Source of the DNA: a virus
Lineage: Duplodnaviria; Caudoviricetes
Reading direction: 5' to 3' (one strand)
Virus record (IMG/VR): IMGVR_UViG_3300020471_000006
Span: 32,001-96,000 of that record
DNA: 64,000 nt
Made by a program: the position numbers and the translations under genes. The notes under the pieces were generated by a model. It did no database searches. It saw only the letters and a list, made by a program, of their open reading frames with translations, and had not been told where the DNA came from. How positions within the stretch are numbered: position 1 is the first letter of the stretch; each line of letters opens with the position of its first letter. This document shows positions 28,001-40,000 of this stretch, piece after piece.

Positions 28001-31000
28001 TGCTAATCATGGATTTAGTAATGGTGATAGAGTTAAATTTGCTGAGGGTTCCATATCACTTAACTGTGCTATGGATGGTAATGTTTCTACTAAGACATAC
28101 CCACGCAGATCTGATCCTACATTCGGTAAGTGGTTACAAATCTCTAATGTAACTCAAGATTCATTCTCAGTTGATGTTGGTTCATCTCCATTAATACAGC
28201 ATACACCTACAGGTGCAAATTATAATCCTACCACTGGTATAATGGAACTTACCATTGGTGCTCATAGTTTGACTGTTGGTACTGCTGTTAAGATTGCAGA
28301 TAACTCTCTAACATTCACTTGTGCTGAAGATAATCATCAAACAACACACACTTATCCTCGTGCAACTGATCCATTCTCTGATAAATCATTTGCTATTACT
28401 GATGTAACTGCTACAACAATTAGTGTTCAGGTATTAAGTACAATCCCATCTACTAATGTTACAGCACACTTATTTGTTTCTGCAACTGCTGACTGTGTTA
28501 CATCTGGTGGAAACTATGCACATACATTTGTTTCTGCAACTGCTAGTGGTCTTAAGAAAGCAAATAGTACAATCACATTTGATCAGGATGCATTAACATT
28601 CACTTGTAATGCTGATAACAACGCTACACAACACACATATCCTCGTGCTGGTGATCCATTCCGTAATGAAACACTAGGTTTAGATTCTGTCACTGGTACA
28701 ACAATGACAGTATTCGTTGGATTCTCTACTGGTAGTCAGAGTGCTAAATCTTATCCTAGATCTGCTACTGAAACACATACAGCTACTGCTGGTACAACAT
28801 ATGATCCAACTACAGGTATATTGAGTGTAACAACTGCTGCTCATAATATCAAGAATGGTGATTATGTTCAGTTTGCTACTGGTGCATTTACCTTCACATG
28901 TATGGAGGATAATAACAGCACCAACCACACATATCCTCGTGTAACTGATCCAGTAAGTAGTAAGTGGTTGAAGGTTTCTAATGTAACTTCAACTACATTT
29001 GAAGTACAAGTATTGGATGTTATTCCTTCTACTAACGTTACTGCTCATACATTCATAACTGGAAGCAACAACGGTATTACTTCTAAGGTTGACAGATCAT
29101 ATGATCAGGCAATAGAAATCACTGGTGTTACTGCTGATACTATTACAGTTAATGTTGGACCTTCAAGCAAGACTACAGACGTACATACTTTCGTATCTGC
29201 ACTAGCAGGTGCTGTTAAGTCTGGTGGTGGATATGTTCATACATTTAAGTCTGCTGATGCAGGTGCTCTTAAGACAGGTGGTAACTATCTACATCAATTT
29301 GTATCTGCTACTAGCGGTGCTTTAATTTCTGGTGGTAACTACGCACATACATTTGTAAGTGCTGTTGCTAATGGATTAACAAGATACGATGGAACAGTAA
29401 CTTTGGATGTTGGTACATCTTCTAACACTACTGCACATCAATTTGTATCTGCTATACCTAATGCAATTACTACTGGTGGAAACTATGCACATACATTCAT
29501 ATCTTCTAATCCAAATGGTATTAAGAAGGCTAATGATCGTATAAGAATTGATTATGGTGCATTGAACTTTACTTGTGACATGGATGGTCACAACAGTCAA
29601 CATGCATATCCACGTATTAGTGACCCTGCATATCAGGAAGATCTACCAGTTCTAGCAGCATCTACTAATCAGTTTACTGTTAATATTGGTACTACAGGTC
29701 AAGGTAATCTTGATGTAAGTGATGCAACTTACAATCCTTCTACTGGTGACATGACAGTCACAGTTGGATCACATGATTTGGAACCAGGTCAAGACGTTAA
29801 GATCATTGGTAACTCTATCAAGTTCTCATGTAATGCAGATAACAATGCTACAGACCATGCTTATCCTAGACCTACTGATCCTGCTGGAACATCATCTCTA
29901 CCTGTTAAGTCAGTTGGTTCTTCTTATCATAGTTCAACAGATGCTTCATACAATCCTTCCACTGGTGATCTAGTTCTTACTGTTGCTAATCATGGATTCA
30001 CTAATGGTGATAGAATTAAAATTGCTGATGGATCACTCACATTTACATGTGATATGGATAACCATGCAACTGAGCATGCATATCCAAGACTTAAGGATCC
30101 TAGCAATGGTAAGTGGTTAGTAATTTCTGATGCAACAACAAATACTTTCAAAGTTAATGTTGGTCAGGCTGGTGCTTCTCAAACATACACACCTACTGCT
30201 GCCACATACACAGCTGCAACTGGTCAGTTAGTATTAACTATTCCTAATCATAACATTCCTGTTGGTAAGAATATTACTATAGCACAGGATTCATTGAAGT
30301 TCCGTTGTGCAATGGGTGGTACTTCTGACATTAAGACTTACCCTCGTTCTAGTGATCCTATCTACTCAACAGGTACAGTAGTTACTGCTGCTGATGCTAC
30401 AACAGTTACAGTTAATGTTGGTGCTTCACCTTTAGTCAGTCACACTCCAACGGATGCATCTTTTGATCCTGCAAATGGTTTGATGACATTGACCATTGGT
30501 TCTCATAACCTAACTGTTGGTGAGTCTGTTAAGATTGCTGATGCTGGAGTTACATTCACATGTGGTCAGGATAATAATGCCACAAACCATGCATATCCTA
30601 GAACAACAATTGAAAGTCATACAGCAACCATGGCTGCCTATGATCCTGATACTGGTATCATTACAGTTACTGTTGCTGGTCACGGAATGCGTGATGGTGA
30701 TTGGGTTAAGTTAGCAGATGATTCTCTAACATTTACATGTGCTCAAGATGCTCATGCTACTAACCACACATACCCAAGAGCATCTGATCCTATCAGTAAC
30801 AAGTGGGTTAAGATTTCTAATACACAGACAAATACATTTGATATTCAAGTATTAGATTCTGCACCTTCAACCAACACTACAGATCATACATTTGTATCTG
30901 CTGTCGCTGGTGGTATTACTCAGAAGAAAGATAAGTCTTATGATTCACCTGTAGATATTACAGCTGTAACAGCAACAACAATTACTCTTGATGTTGGTAA

Positions 31001-34000
31001 GTCTTCTAACACTACTGTTCATGCATTTGTCTCTGCAACTGCTGACGCTATAACCAGTGGTGGTAACTATGGTCATACATTTGTTTCTGCTAATTATGGT
31101 GCTGTAACTGCTGACATAACTGAGAATCTATTTACACCAACAGGAGCAAATTATGATCCTGCAACTGGAGATCTTACTCTAACAATTGGTAGTCATTCTC
31201 TTGCAGTTGGTGATGGTATTACTATTGATGATAACTCACTGACATTCAAGTGTCAGATGGATGAAGAGCAGTCCAATAAACTTTATCCACGTCCAGCATC
31301 TAAAGGTCTTACTGCAACTACTGGTACAACATATAATCCTACAACAGGTATTGTTTCTATTACAACAACTGCTAATCATGGATTAAAAACTGGTGACTTT
31401 GTTAAGATCGCTGATGGTGCTCTAACATTCAGTTGTGGATTTAATGGAGCAACAGGTACTGCTGCTGAGAAATCATATCCACGTCCTAGTGATCCTGTAA
31501 GTGGTACATGGATTAAGGTAACAGAGACAGGTGTTGATTCATTTGAGTTCCAATGTCTTGAAGCTCTACCTTCTACTAACACAGACACACATGCATTTGT
31601 AAGTGGTGTTGCTGATGGAATCACACGTCAGACTGCTACTGATAGAGTATCTGGAAGATCTGTAGATATTATCGCTAGAACTGCAAATACAATTACAGTT
31701 AATGTTGGTGGAGCTGGAGATAACCAGACATGGACACCTTCTGCTGCTGATTATAACTCAACTACTGGTGATCTTATTCTTACAATTGGTCAGCATGGTC
31801 TTCGTGAAGGTGCAGGTATTGTTCTTAAGGATAATTCACTAACCTTTACATGTTCTAAGGATAATCATACTTCTAACCATAGTTACCCACGTCCTGGAAT
31901 AGATCCATATGCAGGTGATAAATCAATCACTGTTAATAGTGTTGGTGCATCTATGCATAGTGTTAGTGGTGCAGAATATACTCCTGAGACAGGTGTTCTT
32001 AAACTAACAGTTAACAATCATGGATTCTCTAATGGTGATTACATCAAGTTAGATGATGAATCTCTAACTCTGACATGTGACCTTGATGGAAACGTAAGTC
32101 AGAAAAAATATCCACGGGCAGGATTTGACCCTGTAAGTTCAAGGTGGTTGAAGATTGCTGATAAGACTACCAATACATTTGAAGTCAATGTAGGAATCTC
32201 TTCTGATAAGTCAGTACATTCATTTGTATCTGCTGTTGCCAATGGATTACACAGACAGAATGGAACCATCACAGTTAACATTGGTGCTTCACCATTAAGT
32301 AACTACACACCTACTGCTGCATCTTATAATGCAGTCACTGGTGATATGGTTCTTACTATTGGAGTACATGATCTACAAAATGGTGAGAAGATTAAGATAG
32401 CACCTGATTCATTAACATTCCAGTGTGCTAAAGATGCTAATGCAACTAACCACACATATCCTAGAGTTACTGATCCAGCATACAATAGTGATCTAGAAAT
32501 TAAGGATGCTACAACTACAACAATCACAGTTAATGTTGGTGCAGCTGCTGCTAATGATCAGTATGATCATACCTTTGTTAATGCAACTGCTAATGCTATC
32601 ATCTACAACCAGAGATATACACATACATTTGTAAATTCTGTTGCTAATGCTGTTCATTTCGAACCAGCATCACCACATACATTTGTAAGTGCTATTGCTA
32701 ATTCAATCAAACATTATCCTACTGCTAATCATACATTTGTAAGATCAGTTGCTGGTAATATTCAGAAAGAAACTGGAACATTTACAGTTAATGTAGGTGT
32801 TGCTACTCTATCTAATCAGTATCCACACCAATTTAAGAGTGCGTCTGCTGGTGCTATTCAAACTGGTGGTGCATACTTCCATAAGTTTGTTAGTGCAGTA
32901 AACAATTCCATACACAAAGTATTTACAGTTGCTGGTAATCAACAGTATCATAATCAAGATTGTATTGATGATGTTGTTGATCTACTTGAAGCAGTTGCTG
33001 ATAACATTGCTTATGGTGGTAATGATAAGACATGGGATGCAGCATACTCATACAAGACTGGTGCTCATGTAGCTGGTGAAGAAGATGAAACCAATTATGT
33101 ATTTGAGCAAGCACGTGAAATGGCTGCTCAAGCACTTAGAAACCAGAAGATTCTTGTTACTGGACATCATGGTCTTCCACAGGTATTTGATAAGAGTATT
33201 ACATTCAATGAGGCTGATCCTCCAACAGATAGATTTGGTGATGCTCGTAACTTAGTTGTTGCTAACAAACTACTCATTGCTGATGAAGCATACGAGAGAA
33301 TGTTGGTACAACATCCTGGATTTGTTCCTCCAACAGGTAACCAACAGGATTGTAAGGATGACATCGTAGACTTCGTTGAAGAAGTTTCATATAACCTAGC
33401 ATATGGTGGTAACGATAGAGTTTGGGAGATGACCGATCTCTATGTACAGGGTATGGTTCAAGAGGTTGCTGGAGAAGAAACACAAACTATCCAAGCACTT
33501 AATCATGCACGTGATTTGATGATTCAAATCGCTAGGAATGAGAACATTGTAACACTTGGTTCTCATGGACGTACACAGGTTAGGGACACTACTATTACTG
33601 GTAGCGTTGCTCCTCATGTAAGTAACAGACATGCTGATGCTAAGAATCTAATCTTGGCTAACGTTGAGTTTGCAGCAGAGGTAGCATTGGGTAGAATGAT
33701 TGCTCAGTTCCCTTCATATTCATGGCAAGCTGGTTACAGTTCTGCTGATTGTTTAGATGATCTTAAAGATGTAGTTAAAGTTGTTGCACATAACACAGGT
33801 TATGGTGGTAACCATAGAGTATGGGATGCTGCTAACCTTTATGTTGCAGGTGCTCATGCTGCTGGATCTGAGAGTGAAACTATCTTTGCATTCAATGCAG
33901 TACGTGACATCATCAAAGAGATTGCTACTAACGTAGAAGTTACTGTTGGTGGTCACACATCATTAACTCAGACAAGAGATCTTACCATTACTAATGGTGT

Positions 34001-37000
34001 TACTAATGGAGATTGTAATGTTGTATTGAGTGCTATTGATACTTTAGTTGCTATCTTAACTGGCACAATATCTGATCCAACATCACTACAAGGTATAACA
34101 CGTACAGATTCTGTTGGTCCTTGTGAGGACATGAGATCTGCTGTTGGTGTTCTTACTAAGATTGTAACTGATGCTATTTCAGATCCTAGTACACTATCTG
34201 GTAAGAAGCATACAGTAACTACATCAACTTATGATCCTGCAACTGGTTGGTTAACACTTGATATTGGTAATCATAGTTATACAAATGGAACCAGTGTACA
34301 CATCGTTGATAACTCACTAACATTTACATGTGAGAGAGATAACAACGCAACAAATCATACTTATCCACGTTCAACCGACCCAGCTTCAAACAATGATCCT
34401 ACCATTACTGGCACTACTGCTACCACAATCACGGTTAATGTTGGTGTATCATCTGATACGTCAGTTCATACCTTCGTCAGTGCATCAGAGAAAATCGTAG
34501 TTGGTGGAGTTACAAGAACTCCTTCAGTTGGATCATGTGAAGATGTAAGATCAACACTTAATTCACTATTCAAGATTGTTATTGATACAGTTGAAACACC
34601 AACATCTCTTGATGGTGTAACAAGAACCATTTCTAATGGTGCTTGTCAACAGGTTGCATCTACAATCACAACTCTCTACCAGATAATCACTGGAACTATC
34701 AACTCTGCTTCTTATCTTGACAGTGTTGAAAGGAACCCTGTTCCTCTTGGTCTAGAGTTTGGTCCTTCTATTAATGCTAACGCAACTAGCACTAACTCTT
34801 ACTTACACTTTGAGTTTGCTGATGCAGTATACACAGCTCTTACTAGAACAGTTGACAATACTATCACACAGAATACAACGTATCCTCAGTGTGTTGATCA
34901 AGCAAATGCTATTCGTCAATACTTCGCTAATATTAGCACAATTATCCAAACTGGATTGGGTAGTGTGCCACGTCAACAACCATCACAGTTAACTACATCA
35001 TTATCATCTAGAGCAACAGTCTTTACATTGACACAAGGAGCTGGTGCTAACCCACATGATCTTGAGACAGGTACACCAATTAGATTGGTTCCACGTCCAC
35101 GTTATGATACACAAACCAATTCTTATGTTGATGTTGATAAGCGTTTCGTTAGACTTCCTAATGGATTTGCTACGAACGAAACATATTATGTAATTGCTCC
35201 TGCAAGGAATACACAACCAGAAAATTATTCTGCTAATGCTGTATTCAATGGAAGTGATCAAACTAAATTAATGCTTGCAAGCAGCAAAGAGAATGCTGCT
35301 GCTGGTATCTACCTACACTCTGCTGAAGTAGAAGATATACATCCAGACATAGAGATTGATCTATATCAATTTGTTCTTGATGATAACTATGATCTACATC
35401 AATATGGTTGTGTACTTGATGGTGTAAGTAATACAAACATCCGTACAGATGTTCCACACATCTTTGATGTTCCATTCTCTAACATTACTGGACATACAGT
35501 ATTCTTTAGAGAAAGAGAAGGTGGTGCTTTACCTCTAGTTGGTGCAGCATATGCTAGTGATACTACTGTTGCAGATAGTCAAGGTAGACTACTAGGTAAC
35601 AGGTACTTCTTTGCTAGGTATCAAACAGAGAAAGTCTTTACTATCCATAAGACTAAGAGTGATGCAGAGCAAGGTGTTAACCCAATAACATATCAACCAG
35701 GTACTTACGACTTTAACGTATTTGCTAACAAGCGTCAGTCTCCAATGAGATTTGATCCAGCGTTTGTTAATCCTAATACTAACCCAGTAATATATGGTAA
35801 GTGGTACTTACAGGTTGAGAATAGCAACAATACAGATCAAATCATCAAGAGACTTAGAGAGTATGCTGATGGTATTGATAAGACAAATGATTCTTGGTTC
35901 GAGAGAATTAAGGATGAGAGACCTGCTAACGATAGACTATATCGTTTACGTTATGTTATACCTCAGTACTTACAATCTGTTCGTGATCCACTTAACGGAT
36001 TTACTATTAAGACAAGGACTGATGAAACTAGAAGAATAGTACCTCAGAAGATAAGTCTTAAGCCTGTCTCTGGTGGTACAACTAAGGCACGTTTCTCTAA
36101 CCCAGTACAATCTAATGAGTACATTGGATATACTAAGCAAGAGTTCATTTCTAATAGTCTTAATGAAGAGATTGCATACGATCCATACAAGAAGGATGTC
36201 GTAGGTAATACACAGTTTAAGAAAGTTATTACAACACAGAACTATATCTCTATGACTATTCAGTCTGGTAGATATGTTCAGACTGGTGGATTAACTGACT
36301 ACTTAGAACTAACTGTGTTTGAACATGGTGTTACTAATCCTGCATTACTTAACACTAAGTTTAATACTATTAAGATTACTGCACCTCAAGGTGGATCATT
36401 CACTGCTAACAAGACACAATCTGTAGAAGGTAACAAGGTCGAGTGGGCTGGTAATTCTAGTGGTTATGGTTATCTACATGCCATCATGAATGTACCTGGT
36501 ACTACTACATGGCACATGATCCTTAAGGATGTTGTTGGTAAGATTGACTATGATGCTATTGACAACACAAGGTTCAGTCAGGGTACAGCATTCGCTGATC
36601 TACTTGCTGATGCTGACATGGGTAAGTCATTGGTACTTAAGGATCTTATTAAGAAAGAATATCCTGAATTCTATTACAGACAGAATGGTGCTGGTGTTTA
36701 TACTATCACACCAGGTGATATTATTGAAGACGACGCAAGTATCCAATACTATGTTGAGTCAGTAGAAGATGTTGGTCAGATTGATGACACATTCTATGTC
36801 TTCAATACACAAGAGATTCAGAAACGTATCTATGGTCAGCAAGATGGTATCTATTATCTAACTGCTGTTCGTGGTAACATTTCACCACTACCTCAAGGTG
36901 CTGGTAACTTAGGTAACTTCAGGAACTTTAAGTTCTCCCAGCCTATCTCCTCACTATATCCATTAAACTATAAGAACGATCCTCTCTGGTATCAGCAGTT

Positions 37001-40000
37001 GGATGCAACATTAGTTGATCCACCTCAGACATACTCTGCTGCTGATAACTATGTTCATGGTCTTGTAAGAGTTAATGACTTCAAGGGTTCACTAACTCAA
37101 GAGAGTGTCATTGATCTAATTAAGAACAATGCATTCGGAGACAATACTTATACACAAGTATCTTCTGTAGTTGATAATAGAATCAGAGCACAGAAGGGTA
37201 ACGCTGCTTCTGGATCTGAAGATAGATTAATTCCTATCGCTGGTGATAGTACAGTCGTAGCAGATCAACGATACTATGTTGAACTTCGAAGACCATCTAT
37301 CGCAAGAGCTGGTAACCACACGTTTGAATATCTTGGTTTTGGTCCAGGTAACTACTCAACTGGTCTACCTCAACGTCAAGAGGTTGTACTCACAGAGATA
37401 CAAGACTTCTATGCTCAGTCTAAGAAGCAAGATGGTGGTTTAGTATTCTACACTGGTCTTAACTCAAATGGTGACCTATACATTGGTAACCGTAAGATTG
37501 ATGCTATTACTGGTGAGGAAGTATTCCTTGAGTCTGCAACATTACAAGATTCTGGTGATGATGACGAGACACTAGGTAATCTAGTTACAACGTTTGATAC
37601 TCCTGTTACATTTAATGAGTACATCACTGTTAATGGTGGTGAGGCTCAGGATAAGAGAAGTACATTTAACTCACCAGTTCTAATTAATGTTCTTGGAACT
37701 GTTAGAAACAATCCTGCGTTGGTAATTTCTTCCTTCGTTGATCCTGCTATTGATGATGGTTCTCTTGATAGATCAGCATTCGTCAGAAATGTCGAAACTG
37801 GTGGTGATGTTGTCATTGCTAGGAATAAAATTTCCGCAGCAATTTTCCAGTTCAATAGTCGCAGAGATGGTCAGGGATACAAGATTCTGACACATATTAC
37901 AGGTGCTACACCTTCTAACATTACTCCTGATCAAACTGGTGCATTTAATGCAAGTCAGATTGTTTCTTATGGTAATGCAGGTGCTCCTGATTCTGGTGAC
38001 ATGCTCCTTAAGGGTGGAAGTATTGGTAAGTCTGGATCACTTGGTTGGATCTATTCAAACTACTACACTACAATTGGTAATGCTGTTCCTGAATCCCTTG
38101 CATTTAATAACACTAACGTTATTACACTTACATGGGCTACATTAACAAACCAGCAACTTGGTATTACATCAGCTTCTGAACTTAGATTCAGTGGATTCTC
38201 CGATCCTGACTTTAATGGTACATGGCAAGTTATATCCAATGGATTTAATCCTGCTGCTAATACATTACAGTTTGCTATCGGTGCAACTAAAAACACTGTT
38301 AATAATCAGAACCCAAGAATGTGGTCTGATGAAGTTGCAGCTAATGCTAATATCACAATTGAATACTCCAATTCCAACTGGAAAGAGTGGGGTGTTATTG
38401 GTGCTGAAGCAATTAGAACAGAGACTGATGCTATTGGTGATTACAAACTTGGTATTAACACAGTTGGTAGATCAGATAAAGCATCTTACAGTGAAAACTT
38501 TGTTGATGCTAAGACAAACCCACGTGCAAACCTTGATGTTGTTGGTACTGCATTCATTAGTGGTAAGAAAATCACTGACTATGCATCACATGCAACTGAT
38601 GCTACTAGAACATATCAAGATCGTACTGATGCATTCATGGTTGGTGGAGATTCTTCCTCACCAACAGATGAGTCAACCTTCAGAGTTTCTACCGCTAACG
38701 GTGGACGTGTTGGTGTTAATGTAACTGATGCTGAATTAGATAGATCATTAGTTGTTGATGGTGAGTCTAGGTTCACTGGTGATGCTAGGTTCGAAGAAGA
38801 TATTGAAATCAATGGTGGTGGTGGAGCTAATACTGCACAGATTAGAACATCTATTACTACAGGTAAGGTACAATTCTTCCCTAATGCTGGTGGAACTCCG
38901 TTCACTGGTGAAGTAGAGATTGCACCACTTGGTACTAGTATTAAGATTGCAGATGCAACTCCATCTGATCAGTTTATCAAGATAGGTAACTTCTCATTCC
39001 ATAGTAATATTGACATTGGTTTCACACCTACAATGTCTACCAATATCTCTAAGGTGCAGATAGGTGGTGCTTATGAGAATAACGAATCATTATCATATAC
39101 ACTTATAGGTACTAAGTCATTCAAGACTAAGGGAGACTTCCAGTTAGGTACAGTTAGAGGACTACTTGACACTGTTAAGTTGACATCTACTGCTGGAACT
39201 GTTGAGTTCTTTGCTGGTAACTCTGCTACATCTAAACTTGACTTTGCTACCAATGCTTCTGAGATCACAATCGCTGGTAAAGGTGGTAAGACTACAGTTA
39301 GAAACAACCTAGTAGTTGATTCTACTGCTAGATTTAACTCTGACATCACACTTTGTGGTGGATTTGCATCTTACTCATTCACAGCATACAGAGCACAGCA
39401 AGGATCTACTGCATTCGCTCATGCTAGTGGAGATCTAGGTAACAATATCTTCAACAGTAATGTTGATTTGATTGAAGTTAAGAGACTCGTTAATACTGAT
39501 GAGAACTACAACGCAATTGATACAGCTGGTACTGGTGATTGGGGTGGATCTGTATTCCAGAATCCAATTACACAGATTGCTGGAACTGTTGAACCTCTAA
39601 CTCTAACAGGTTTGAGTGGTGATCAATATTACTTACCACTTAAGAATCGTCCATACGATTCTAATGGTACTCAGTATATTAATGAGCAAGATATATTACT
39701 CATTGATACTGATGATTCAGGTGGTACTAAGCATCCAGAATTTGTTAAAGTTATTTCTCTTCCAAGAATTAACGTTGCACCTTACTGGATCGTAGTTGAA
39801 AGACTACCATTTGGTACATTCACTGCTACTAGATCTGATCATCCAGATACTACTGCTATCTACAAGTGTACAGTACAGTATAATGCTACTTGGACTACTA
39901 CAACTATAGATGATGCAGGTACTGAGGACAATGTATACCTAGCACAGTTCGGTGGTAATATTGAACTTGGTGATTATATAATCATTGATCGTAAAGATAC

